Below are positions 43,171 to 53,600 of a DNA stretch of 64,000 nt, in pieces. Within the stretch, counting starts at the first letter, position 1; every line of letters begins with the position of its first letter. Both the position numbers and the translations under genes were made by a program. The stretch is taken from NCBI GenBank assembly GCA_016180065.1, contig JACPBY010000006.1, positions 3,233 to 67,232 on the forward strand, given 5' to 3'. The notes below the pieces were generated by a model that ran no database searches, was not told the origin of the DNA, and saw nothing but the letters and a program-made list of their open reading frames with translations. The DNA is from Candidatus Woesearchaeota archaeon (GTDB taxonomy: Archaea; Nanobdellota; Nanobdellia; Woesearchaeales; UBA10216).

Positions 43171-45855
43171 TCAAGCCTTCCCGCCAATCCTTTCAAGGAC
43201 TTTCCGGTGCATCCTTTTCAGGAACTCCATCTTGTCTTCAATGCGCATCACGTCAGTATGGGCCTCGAGCACGATGTTAAAGGCAAAAGGGGAAGGGGTT
43301 GTTGTATTTATTTGCTTGGCCTTGATTTTCCCTTCCTCTACCAGTTTCAAGACGTTCGCGGCAGCTGGCAGGTCCATAAGGTCTTCAAGAACTTCCCGCC
43401 TTGCCTCTTTCAGGATGCAGAAGTCATTGCTTATGCGCTTGACGGCATTAAACAGTATCTGGCTTGAAACCTGCTGCCTTCCGACGTGCTTCCGGCGGCC
43501 CATGTACTCGCGCAGGATCATTAAAGCACGGGCTGCGCAGTGCCTGAACCGCCTTCTCAGGATTTCTGTCCGTTCAATTGCGGCGGCCATGACCTGTGCC
43601 ATCTTGTCTGACTTCAGCAGCTTGAGTGCTGCTAAAGGGTTGAACGGCTTCTCGCAGGCAACATAAAAACCGTTGTCGGTTATGCCCACTTCAACATCCC
43701 TGTGCTGCGTCCTGGAGATTGCAAATGCGACAGCCCTTGATATGCAGTCGTTAACCCTCCTGCCAAACAATGAATGAAAGACGGCATAATGGCGATGATT
43801 GTCAACATACTGCTCGACAAGGATTTTTTTGTCATGGGAAATCTCTGCAAAAAGAAACTGCTCCCTCAGGTAGCTGTAAATGGATTCCGAAGCATTCTTG
43901 TCCACATAAAGATAGCTGTTAATGAACTCAAGGATTTCCTCCCGGCTGCGGTTATGGTTGAACTTCTCCTCACACAGCCTCCTGAATTTGCCAATGCTCA
44001 TCGCAAGGTCAAAGCTCAGGGGCAGCATCTCGGAAAACCACGCTGGAATGGTTGGGGGCCTGTCTACCGTGCTGCTGACAGAAGCCACCATGCCTTTGGC
44101 ATAAAGAAACTGGTATTTGTCACCGCCCAGCGCGAAGACATCAGTCTTCTTCAGGCGCTCAAGGAATGCCTCGTCAATCTTGCCAACAACCTGGTCTGTG
44201 CCTGCAATCTTAACCGTCACGAACGTCTCATCAGGAATTGTGCCGATGTTAGTCATGTAGATTACCCTGCTTAACCTGCCCCGCCTTCCAATCATGCCCT
44301 CTTCTTCATCATACCAGATTTTTGCATAGATGTGCCGGTCCTCCAAAGAGATGTACTTGCCGCTGAGGTAATCAAGAACATCCTTAAATTCCTTAAAGCC
44401 AAGATTCCTGTAGCTGTAGCTGCTGCGGACAAGGCTGAATAAGTCATTAACACCAATCTTGTCTGCAATGGCTATGCCAAAAACCTGCTGGGCAAGGACA
44501 TCAAGGCAGCTTGCCGGAATATGAATGCGGTCAATATCGCGCTCAATGGCAGACTTGAGAAGCACAGCGCATTCCACAAGGTCATCCCTGTCAAGGACAA
44601 CAATCCTGCCCATTGAGGTTTCGTGCAGCCTGTGGCCGCTTCTTCCGATGCGCTGGATGGCCCTGGCAACAGATTTCGGGCTGCCCAGGAGGATGACAAG
44701 GTCAACGTAGCCGATGTCAATCCCCAACTCAAGGCTTGTGCTGCTTACCACACATTTCAGCTTTCCGGAACGCAGGGCATTTTCTATCCCATACCTGTAA
44801 GCCTTGCTCAGTGAGCCGTGATGCGCGCCTATGGTTTGCTCAGTTGTCGCATAGTTCCCTGGAAACTTTTCTTTAAGGTGATTAATCACCCGCTCTGTTG
44901 CCGACCTTGTGTTTGTGAAAATAAGTGTTGTCCTGTGGCTCTGGATAAGGCTGTCAAGAAGGCCGTACATCGCCTCGCTTATGGATGCATGGGAAGTGTC
45001 AATCAGGTCAGGCACCGGGCTCAACACCTTAAGGTCCATCTTCTTAACGAATTGGACATCACATATTTTGCAGCTGCGATACCTCCCGCTGCCGGTATCG
45101 GCAATTCCAACAAGGAATTTCGCAATTTCCTCCAAAGGAGCGATTGTCGCTGAAAGCCCGATCCTTGCCATGGCCGGAGAAAGCCGCTGCAGCCTTTCCA
45201 TGCTTAGCGAAAGGTGAACTCCCCGCTTGTTCTCCGCCAATGCGTGGACTTCATCAATAACACACCAGTCAACAGCCTTCAAGTGGTCAACAAACTTCGA
45301 GGCTGAGAGGACGATGGCAAGTGATTCAGGGGTAGTTATCAAAATGTGGGGAGGCTTTCGCAGCATCCTGGACTTCTCGGCAGGCTCTGTATCTCCAGTC
45401 CGTACGCCAACGCGAATGCCAAACTTCCTGCCGGCAAGCCTTTCCATCTCAGCAAGAGGCTCTTTCAGGTTCTTGCTTATGTCATTGTTCAAGGCTTTAA
45501 GAGGGGAAATGTAAACGCAGTAAATCCTGTCTTTAAGAATGCCCTTTTCAGAGCAGTCAACAAGCTCGTTAAGGATTGACAAAAAAGCAGTCAGCGTCTT
45601 GGTTGCACCTGTCGGAGCAGAAACAAGAATGTTGTTCCGGCTGTGAATTTCCATAACGCCAAAAAGCTGCGGCAGGCTGAACTCCCTGAAGTGCGAGAAA
45701 AACCACTGCCTGACAACAGGGTTGAGGATGTTAAGTATATCCTCCTGGGAATTTGGAATTTCCTTCCTCATAATTTCACTGCTTTCCACTGCTGCAGATG
45801 CGGCTGTAAGCATGAAAAGAAGGAAGGGAAGCGTGTTTAAATTGGTTGCTGCCAA
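43171..45855 (-). CDS. lhr: Lhr-type ATP-dependent DEAD/DEAH-box helicase
   Basis: Contains APTGATKT, IDEVH, LSATI, AHHGSLS, SSTSLELGIDIG, QRIGRSGH, and a C-terminal Lhr-associated domain. The start is uncertain (alternatives at 45813 and 45771). Confidence 0.9.
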   Translation of the reverse strand: MAATNLNTLPFLLFMLTAASAAVESSEIMRKEIPNSQEDILNILNPVVRQWFFSHFREFSLPQLFGVMEIHSRNNILVSAPTGATKTLTAFLSILNELVDCSEKGILKDRIYCVYISPLKALNNDISKNLKEPLAEMERLAGRKFGIRVGVRTGDTEPAEKSRMLRKPPHILITTPESLAIVLSASKFVDHLKAVDWCVIDEVHALAENKRGVHLSLSMERLQRLSPAMARIGLSATIAPLEEIAKFLVGIADTGSGRYRSCKICDVQFVKKMDLKVLSPVPDLIDTSHASISEAMYGLLDSLIQSHRTTLIFTNTRSATERVINHLKEKFPGNYATTEQTIGAHHGSLSKAYRYGIENALRSGKLKCVVSSTSLELGIDIGYVDLVILLGSPKSVARAIQRIGRSGHRLHETSMGRIVVLDRDDLVECAVLLKSAIERDIDRIHIPASCLDVLAQQVFGIAIADKIGVNDLFSLVRSSYSYRNLGFKEFKDVLDYLSGKYISLEDRHIYAKIWYDEEEGMIGRRGRLSRVIYMTNIGTIPDETFVTVKIAGTDQVVGKIDEAFLERLKKTDVFALGGDKYQFLYAKGMVASVSSTVDRPPTIPAWFSEMLPLSFDLAMSIGKFRRLCEEKFNHNRSREEILEFINSYLYVDKNASESIYSYLREQFLFAEISHDKKILVEQYVDNHRHYAVFHSLFGRRVNDCISRAVAFAISRTQHRDVEVGITDNGFYVACEKPFNPLAALKLLKSDKMAQVMAAAIERTEILRRRFRHCAARALMILREYMGRRKHVGRQQVSSQILFNAVKRISNDFCILKEARREVLEDLMDLPAAANVLKLVEEGKIKAKQINTTTPSPFAFNIVLEAHTDVMRIEDKMEFLKRMHRKVLERIGGKA

Positions 45856-45866
45856 AACAGGGAATG

Positions 45867-45977
45867 CGCCGGGAGCGGGACAGTCATCCTGCCCAGGCAG
45901 GATTTTGAACCCGCAGGACTGTGTGTGCAGTCACTCGCTTCTGAAGCGAGCGCGTTACCAGATTACGCTATCCCGGC
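45867..45977 (-). tRNA. tRNA-Leu (anticodon CAG) with long variable arm and an apparent 23-nt insertion in the T-loop
   Basis: Hand-folded. Acceptor GCCGGGA/TCCCGGC, D-arm GCGT/ACGC, anticodon arm CTCGC-TTCAGAA-GCGAG, variable arm GACTG-CACACA-CAGTC. The T-stem GCGGG/CCCGC encloses 30 nt (TTCAAA + ATCCTGCCTGGGCAGGATGACTG + T). Confidence 0.7.
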
Positions 45978-46197
45978 GTGCTTTCAAAACTGCCTCTGAG
46001 TATTATTATGGCTTTCTGTGATTTTTCCGTAAATCTTGCGGCAACAACGGACAATTTATGTCTTTACACGGAATTCTTTCGCGAAATCAGGAAATTTGTA
46101 AAATATTTCCGGAATTGTTGAATTATTTGCGGCATGTTTTTAGCAAAGTTTATTAAGGAGTTCACTCTAACAACACTCAGATTGTTGTGTGCAGTTT

Positions 46198-46231
46198 AGG
46201 CGTATACCGATTACGCCTTTTTCTTTTTTTC
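46198..46231 (+). terminator. hairpin AGGCGTA-TACCGAT-TACGCCT followed by a T-run (terminator-like on the + strand only)
   Basis: Seen directly. No annotated + strand gene lies upstream. Confidence 0.3.
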
Positions 46232-46318
46232 TCCGTTATTTTTTATTGCTCCAGAATATCCGAGTTATAAAGAATCCTATCAGAGGCCGTATGGACGATT
46301 ACGATGTCAATCCCGCAA

Positions 46319-46416
46319 TCAACAACCCAACCACAGCAAGCTGCGGGGTATGTAATTCGTTGGGTTCAGGAGAACCAGCAGGTTCTTCGTGCTCAGAACC
46401 GCTGCGGTTCTGACAG
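46319..46416 (+). repeat. structured repeat family, copy 4 (3'-truncated right after the 49-nt module at 46367..46415)
   Basis: Identical to copy 2 apart from about 1 nt. Overlaps the last 8 codons of the minus-strand gene 46393..47982. Confidence 0.8.
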
Positions 46417-47982
46417 CTGCCTGCGCTTCTCCTCGATAATGCGCCTGATTCTTGCTTCGACCTCTGCATCGCTGGGCTGAGAGGAGGATTGAGAAACTGC
46501 CGCTTTATCGCCGCTGCTGCCACCGCTAACACCGCTGCCAAAATTTTCTTCCCTGCTGCTTTTTACAGAACCGCCGCCTTCTTTGCTGCCTGTGCCGCCT
46601 TTCCCCCTGTTTTTCACAAAGAAGAATGCAAGCACCGCCACCATGGCAAACAAAAGCACAGGCGCAAACCTTGCCTGAACCTTTCCAGTGCCAGAGGCTG
46701 TAAGCTTGACGGCCCTGCCGGTTATGCCCACAAAGTCCGATGCCTTCTTAAGCAGCGGCCTTTCATCCTCCAGAAAAGCGTTCTCAACAGGAGAAGAGCC
46801 TGCAATTGTAGGGAAGCTGATGTTGTAGCTGCCTTCTGAAACTTTATCTGTAAGGTCTACCTCAAACGCCTCCCCGGGAGCAAGCTCAACATCATGGGCA
46901 ATAACGTAGCTCTTCCTTCCAGCCAGGGTTATGTTAAATTTCCTTGCGTAGTTCACGTTGCCGGTGTTCCTGAGAACAACGCTCCTGTTGGTAAAGCTCA
47001 CAGCCGCCTCTTCAACGCGCTCAACCACAAGCTGGCTCGCAGCGCTCAGGCCAAAGGCAAAAGAAGCCAATGCATATGTGCCGGGCTTCTGTCCTGCGGG
47101 AAACACCAGGGTGATGTTTTCACCTGTCCTGTTTGAAGCAGAGAGGACAACAGAGCCTGCCGAATCGGTAACCGAAATGTCAACAGATGATTCCATCATG
47201 TCATCCGCCTGGTCATAAACAGAAACCGCAACAGCAAAAGGCTCAGAAGGCTTGATATTCTGGCTGCTCACCGCATTAACTATCCTGGTGGGAACAGCCT
47301 CAACCTCAAACTGCGCAGAGGCTGAGCCGGAGTTGCCGTAAGAGTCATTCACGGCAAATTCCAGGCCATGCAGCCCTGATTTTATGTTTCCTGGCAGCCT
47401 TATGCTGTATGCAAAAGAATTATTATCAACAGATGCTGCGTAGGCTGTGCCGAGGAAGGCCATGGAAACAGCTGCAGGCAAAAAGTGGCTCTTGCCAACC
47501 GCACCAAAAGCTTCAACAGTTTCAGAGGGCAGGTATTTAAGCTTGCCAACCTCAACAGCAACTGACAAAAGGCGGGTGACGTTAAAAACATCCGAGGCTG
47601 CAGTTTCATTCACAGACAAGTCATAAGCTGTTGCATTGGCTGCAACAAAACATCTTCCAAGCATGATTGGGGAAATGCTCAGCCCGGGCACGTCAACCTG
47701 CTGCTTCTCACCCGCGAACAGGTTTGTCGGCAGAGTGTAGAAATCAAGCACAAAGCCTGTGCAGTAAAGCGAAAGCTTTACCAGGCCATTGAAGTCCTGA
47801 TCCCCTGAAAGCCCGTAGCTTGCAACAATCCCGTCCCCGAAATTGTATACTTCCTTGTCAGCCTTTACCGCAAGGTCTGCAGCAGCCGGAAGAGCAAGCA
47901 GGGACAGCCCCGCTACGAGAAAAGCAAACAAAACAGGGAAATGCCCCGCACCACTGCACCTTTTTTTCCCCATTTTAAGCAA
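46393..47982 (-). CDS. surface-anchored protein (signal peptide plus C-terminal TM anchor)
   Basis: N-terminal FPVLFAFLVAGLSLLALPAAA, beta-rich body, C-terminal FAPVLLFAMVAVLAFFFV, then a G/S/K-rich cytoplasmic tail. Confidence 0.7.
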   Translation of the reverse strand: MLKMGKKRCSGAGHFPVLFAFLVAGLSLLALPAAADLAVKADKEVYNFGDGIVASYGLSGDQDFNGLVKLSLYCTGFVLDFYTLPTNLFAGEKQQVDVPGLSISPIMLGRCFVAANATAYDLSVNETAASDVFNVTRLLSVAVEVGKLKYLPSETVEAFGAVGKSHFLPAAVSMAFLGTAYAASVDNNSFAYSIRLPGNIKSGLHGLEFAVNDSYGNSGSASAQFEVEAVPTRIVNAVSSQNIKPSEPFAVAVSVYDQADDMMESSVDISVTDSAGSVVLSASNRTGENITLVFPAGQKPGTYALASFAFGLSAASQLVVERVEEAAVSFTNRSVVLRNTGNVNYARKFNITLAGRKSYVIAHDVELAPGEAFEVDLTDKVSEGSYNISFPTIAGSSPVENAFLEDERPLLKKASDFVGITGRAVKLTASGTGKVQARFAPVLLFAMVAVLAFFFVKNRGKGGTGSKEGGGSVKSSREENFGSGVSGGSSGDKAAVSQSSSQPSDAEVEARIRRIIEEKRRQLSEPQRF

Positions 47983-48087
47983 ATCAGGAATGTTTGTGCA
48001 GCAGTGGCTTAAATACTTTTTTGTTTAGCAGGTGAGCAAAAGATTGCTGCTTGCCAAATTATCGTTTTAGGCAGTAGCAACTTTTGG

Positions 48088-48945
48088 TCAGCCGAACAGC
48101 ATGGGCGTGACAAACACCTCAACAATGGCTGCGAGGAAAAGCGTCCCAAGAGAGAGGGCAATGAGGTCGACAGAGTCCCACAAAACCTTTCTGAACTTAA
48201 GGCTGGCAAAGCTGTGCCTTGCAACCGCAACTGATATGATCCCCCCGGCCAAGGCTGCAATAAAATAAGCCAGTATTTCCAGGCCGCCGTGGGTAAGATA
48301 GCGAAGCAGCGCAAGTGAGTAAGATGAAAAATAGTCGGCAACCGCAGTAAGGCCCATGCTGGATGCAACCGAGCTCAAGCTATTCCTGACAAAAATTCCA
48401 ATTGCGGTGGCAACGACCGTAGCGTTCCAGGCAAGAATAAAGACCGAGCCTGCGCCGTAAAAAAAAGCGAATATAAGGACGAACAGCAGAACCTTAAAAT
48501 TGTTCAGGAAGATCTTGACAAAAGACTCCGTAGGTGCTGAAAGGCAGCCCTCAACGCCAACAGAATTAATGCACCGGATAGTTTCCTCCTGAATGGAAAA
48601 TATCTGGCTTGAAAAGCCTTGGGGCAGGAAGATGTACCAAAGCGAGAATGAGACCACAAAACCAAGGAACAGAAACATGAAATAAGACAGGGCTTTTCCG
48701 TGCTCCTTGAGGAGAGCAAGCTCGTGAGGAACAGCAATATCTTTCTTCTCCTCCCTCCTCAAGGTTCCCTGAATGAGGTAAGTGCACGCAAGCGTGGTGA
48801 GGAAAACCATGACAACGCCGACATACTGCTTGAAAATGTAAAGGCTGAGGAAAATTGCCACAGAGCTGTAAACCAAGCCAATGAAAAAAAGCTCCCAAGG
48901 CTCGCGCTCAGCCTTCTTAGGATTAATAAGCAGCTCCAAAACCAT
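48088..48945 (-). CDS. SpoIIM-like (DUF95) membrane protein
   Basis: Contains [32 protein letters not shown] and about 6 TM helices. Confidence 0.8.
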   Translation of the reverse strand: MVLELLINPKKAEREPWELFFIGLVYSSVAIFLSLYIFKQYVGVVMVFLTTLACTYLIQGTLRREEKKDIAVPHELALLKEHGKALSYFMFLFLGFVVSFSLWYIFLPQGFSSQIFSIQEETIRCINSVGVEGCLSAPTESFVKIFLNNFKVLLFVLIFAFFYGAGSVFILAWNATVVATAIGIFVRNSLSSVASSMGLTAVADYFSSYSLALLRYLTHGGLEILAYFIAALAGGIISVAVARHSFASLKFRKVLWDSVDLIALSLGTLFLAAIVEVFVTPMLFG

Positions 48946-49086
48946 GACGCATACAATCCCAATGCTGTTTTAAATAACTTTCTTTTTCAGACTCTGAATG
49001 AAGCGGCCGTTGTGATGCAGCAAAGAGCCAAGATTGTTCCGAAAATCTTGCGGAAAAAGAGGGCAAAAGCTTATAAATCAGAAAGT

Positions 49087-49953
49087 ATGGAAATAGAAGT
49101 AAAGAAGAACAATAAAATGGAAATGAACAAAATTTATTGCATGGACTGCATTGAAGGCATGAGAAGATTTGTGCCGGATAAATCTGTAGATATCGTAGTA
49201 ACCTCTCCGCCTTACAACATTTGAGTAAAATATAACTCCCATGAAGATAGCATGCCTTTTGACGAATATCTTGATTGGATGGAAGAAGTAGCAAAGGAAT
49301 GTTTCAGAGTTTTGAAAGATGATGGCTCATTTTTCTTCAACATCGGAGATAAACCTTCCGATGAATTAAGGTCTTTAAGAGTAGCTGAACGAATCAACAA
49401 AATATTCAGATTACAGAATACCCTGCATTGGGTTAAATCAATAGCTGCTCCGGAAGAAGATGTTAATATTGGGCATTACAAGCCTGTCAACAGCGACAGG
49501 TTCTTAAATAATTGCCACGAATACATTTTCCACTTTACAAAGCAGGGCGATGTTGAATTAGATAAATTAAGCATTGGAGTTCCATATCAGGATAAATCAA
49601 ACATTGGAAGATGGGAAAAAGCCAAACAAGACCTCAGGGATAGAGGAAATAATTGGTTTATTCCTTATGAAACTGTGCAAAGCCAAAAAGTCCATCCTGC
49701 CATGTTCCCAACAAAATTGCCGGAAATGTGCATAAAGCTACATGGATTGCAAAAAGGAAAACTCGTTGTTTTGGACCCGTTTGCCGGTTCAGGCTCTACT
49801 GCTATTGCCGCCAAAAAATTAGGCTGCTACTATGTGTGCTTTGAGAAAGATTTGGAATATTGCAGAATAGCTGAAGGATTACTAAACGAAGCCATGAGCG
49901 AACAAGAAGCCAATAGGCTAATCAAACCTCTTTACAGCTTTGGCATATCCTGA
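49087..49953 (+). pseudogene. N4/N6 DNA methyltransferase (beta class) with an in-frame TGA at 49222..49224
   Basis: Motif [10 protein letters not shown] is followed by a stop, then the same frame continues [18 protein letters not shown]..., with motif [15 protein letters not shown] in the 49252..49953 part. Confidence 0.8.
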
Positions 49954-49977
49954 AAGGCACACATCTTCAACAGCCGC

Positions 49978-50484
49978 CTACAGCCTTTGATTTGCAATCA
50001 GGTTTAATGCTCTTTCTCTTGATATTTTAGTGGCATTACCCAATAGTTTATCATCCCACCAATTCATTACTTGCTCAACAGATATGAACCAAAAGGGAAC
50101 GTCTGGGAACGATTCAACGTCGCAAAGCACATAGCCTTTAATGCCTTCCAGTTTAACAAGAAAACCTGTTTCGTCAAAAGTTCTGCCAGAGCCGACCATG
50201 TAACTGGGGCAAAAGTAAATGCCATCGCGAGTGATGCTTCTGACTTCCTACTTGTTGCCATCTCTGTCTTTGATATCATAACCAGCACCCTCGCTTAAGG
50301 CTATAGAGCCTTTCACAACTTCATACGCCAATCTGCGTTCAAGCAAAAAAGAAACCCTGCGCCCATCCGTAAAATACAATCTCACATCAGCTTCTTTTAT
50401 CTTTAAGGCTTTGGCTATTTCTTTGACATCCCAAGTAAAACTCCCTTTGAGTGGAATTTCCGATTTTGGTTCTTTATCTGCCAC
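49978..50484 (-). pseudogene. probable restriction endonuclease partner with an in-frame TAG at 50248..50250
   Basis: ORFs 50248..50484 and 49978..50199 share one frame: ..GAGYDIKDRDGNK*EVRSITRDGIYF... Convergent with and 24 nt from the methyltransferase. A TTTATAAA box lies 23 nt upstream. The nuclease assignment is from context and a PD-(D/E)xK-like D..E pattern only. Confidence 0.5.
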
Positions 50485-50630
50485 AACTTAATCACCCATA
50501 GCTTCATTTATAAATCTTGTTTAAACTCGGCAGAACATGAGGAGCCGTCTGCCGTTTCGTATAAGTAGCGTATGACAAACCTTTTTATTTAGAAACAGTA
50601 AAAGGCTTTGAAGAAAAAGGTGCGGGCATA

Positions 50631-53600
50631 ATGAAATGGTCAAAACAGGCGCAGAAGCTGCTGGTCTTATCGCTTGTCCTGCTTGTTGCACTGGTTCTCC
50701 TTGACAGGCTGCAGCCACGATTGACCACCACTCCACTAAGCGGCTATGCCGTGTACGAGACAAGGCAGCTCACATGGGACTTTGACGATGAAAGCGACTA
50801 CACTTACGACAGCAGCCTGGTTGACATAAGCGGGGGGGAGGCAAAGCTGAAGCCCATAACTACAACCGCAGAAATATCAGACAGCCAGCAGCTAAAGCTG
50901 CCAAAGGGCAACAGCAGCGAGCTGGCAATCACAGGAATAAGCGACAGCGAATACGCAACGGCAGAGCTTAATGCCGGCGACAGCTATTACGGCGACAAAA
51001 ACTACAAAATAACTGCGATACCCGCAGGACTCCAGGGAATGCTGTGGCTCAAAACAGAGCAAGACGACCATGACAGCAAGAAAAACGTGAGCTTCACAAC
51101 AAACAAGCCAATAAAGGTGTTTGTTGGCTATGACAAAAGGAAGGAAACAGCCCCAGACTGGCTTCAAAGCTGGGCATACTGGGGAGAGGGCATAACCACA
51201 GACGATGATAAAGCAACGCCTTTCAAGCTGTATTACAAGGACTTTGCAGCAGGGAATATCCTGCTGGGCAGCAACAACAAGGCAAAGGCGATGTATGTTG
51301 TATTGCTGAACAATACGGCCTACAGCAGCAGTGCCATCTACACCTCTTCTGCCATAAGCTACGAAGGCAAGCCCAAAACCATTGCGTTTGCAGCAGAAAA
51401 TCCTGCAGGAACAACTGTAAAGCTCCAGATAAGGACAGCAGAAGCACAAGACGGGCTGGAGTCTGCACAGTGGCTGGGGCCAACATCAACAGGTGATTAC
51501 TACACTGCACCTGGCGAGCCAATTAACAGCGCGCATAGCAAGGGCGGATGGCTGCAGTACAAGGCAGTCCTAGAAACAGTTGATGCGGCAGGCACGCCCA
51601 CACTCAGCGGCGTGACAATAGCAGCTGAAAAATCAGCCTATGCAGAATCAGCAACCGTAACGACAAACAACTATAACTTCGAAAAAAGCGTAGAAGTGCA
51701 AAGCATAACAGCTGATGAGGAGCCCAACGGGCAAACCGTAAGCTACGCCTATTCAACAGACTCAGGAAGCAGCTGGACCGCGACAAGCCCTGGCGAATCA
51801 ATATCCGTGAAAACAGGCAAGCTTGCAGTAAAGGCTGTCCTTAGCTCAAACACCACCCACACTCCAGCAGTTAAAGCGATAATTGCAAGCTACAAAACAA
51901 GCGTTTGCGACGAGAACTGGCAGGCAGCCTACACCAGCTGCAGCAAAAACGACGAGAAAAGAAAATACTACCGTGATGCAAACGCCTGCGGCTCAACAGA
52001 GGATTTGCCAGCTGACAACGGCACAACAGAAGGCTGCAACTATTGCTCACCTGAATGGGCAAACGCGAACAGCAGCTGCCGCAACGATGACCGGATAGCG
52101 GTGAGCTACTTCTACACCAATGACTGCTGCAGCGAAACAGGGCTGCAAAGCGACTGCACGATACCGCAGAACACTACGGCAACTTGTGACTATTGCACTC
52201 CCCTGTGGACCGAAACAAACAGCAGCTGCGGCAAAGACGACAAAATCGCAGCGGCATACAACGACGCAAACAACTGCTATGCGGCAACAGGACTGGCGTC
52301 GGACAACAACAAGCCCAACAGCAGGGCTTACGGCTGCGACTACTGCAAGCAGTCATACAGCTGCATAAGCTACGGCGAGTGCAGCGAGGGCAACACAAAG
52401 GAATGCATTTTAGCAAATGACAGCAACAGCTGCTACGCCCAGACAGGGCTTGCAACGGACAGCTACTCCGGCGACTACAGCGAGTTCCAGGCAGGCTGCA
52501 CATACGACAATGAAATCCCAGTGGTGAACGGCGCAGCTGCAGCAATAGAAAACGGCATCCTGACAATAACTGCCAATGTGACAGACAAATCATCGACAAC
52601 TGTAACGGCAATGATTGTCAGGGACGGCATGGCTTTAATGAGCATAGCACTGGCAAACACAACAAAGGAAACGTATGCCGGCACAGCAAATGCTGCTGAA
52701 CTCAAAGGAGCATACCTGATAGCCATTGCTGCAAGGGACAGGTACAACAACACTGCAAAAGCAAGAGGAGCTGCAGGAATAACGGTTGGGGCTGACAAGT
52801 CAGCAGCAGCAGATGTTTCAGTTAATTCCACAAGGAAGGCTCTGCTGAAACTGACCAACACAACAACAGCAGAGCTTACGGGAAAGGCAGGGGAAGGTGC
52901 AGCAGGAAAGCTAATACTCGCGGAGCACCGAAAAGACCCTAAAAACAGCACAAAACCCTCACTGAAAAAAGAGCTGCGGAGATACGTTGAGATAGAGGCA
53001 GACGAAGACCTCAAATCAAACATATCCTTAGCAACATTAAGGATAAACTACAGCGAAGAGGAAACATCAGCCGCAAACGTGAGCGAGGAAAGCCTTGCAA
53101 TGTATTTCTACAACGAAACCGCAAGCTTATGGGAGGAGCTGAACTCAACAGCAAACATAGCGCAGAATTACGTTGAAGGCAACACAACACACCTGAGCCT
53201 TTTTGGAATATTTGGAAATGAGACAGTAAATCTGACAATAAACCTCACAATAAACGAGACTAATCTGACCGCCAACATTACGAACCTAACGACCAACGCC
53301 ACAATAAACCAAACAACCAACGCAACCAACACAACAGCAAACGCCACCACTAATGAAACTACCAATGCAACCGGCAGCCAGAATGCCCAGCAACAGGCAC
53401 AAGCAGAAACGGCTGCAGCAGAAGGCGGGGGAGGGGCAGGAGGCAATGCTGCAAAACCGGAAGAGAACAAGACAGGGGAAAAAGCAGAGGCCACTGCAGA
53501 AACAGCGGAAGGGGCAAGCGAGGGCTGCTCCTACGACCTAAGCGTTGGGATGGAAGGGAAGCCTTCCCTCATCAACAAGACGGAGATAAACGCAACGCTC

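Noticed and set aside
42975-43196. 73-aa ORF spanning repeat copy 3, and the analogous ORF 1701..1916 across copy 1.
   Set aside because: Different copies of the repeat are read in different frames and are truncated differently. The repeat is therefore not a conserved coding unit.
46021-46318. The A/T-rich gap considered as a replication origin.
   Set aside because: There are no ORB-like repeated boxes and no orc1/cdc6 gene nearby.
49222-49224. In-frame TGA at a conserved Gly position of the methyltransferase, considered as UGA=Gly recoding (code 25) or a gene imported from such an organism.
   Set aside because: Many genes in the window clearly terminate at TGA. There is only one in-frame TGA in the gene. 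The partner gene is interrupted by TAG instead. A GGA-to-TGA nonsense mutation is the simpler explanation.
52475-53023. Minus-strand ORFs opposite the 1217-aa surface protein gene (50892..51449, 52174..52611, 52475..53023, 53168..53494, 53531..53911).
   Set aside because: These are shadow ORFs of a long repetitive gene, with no independent motif or promoter.
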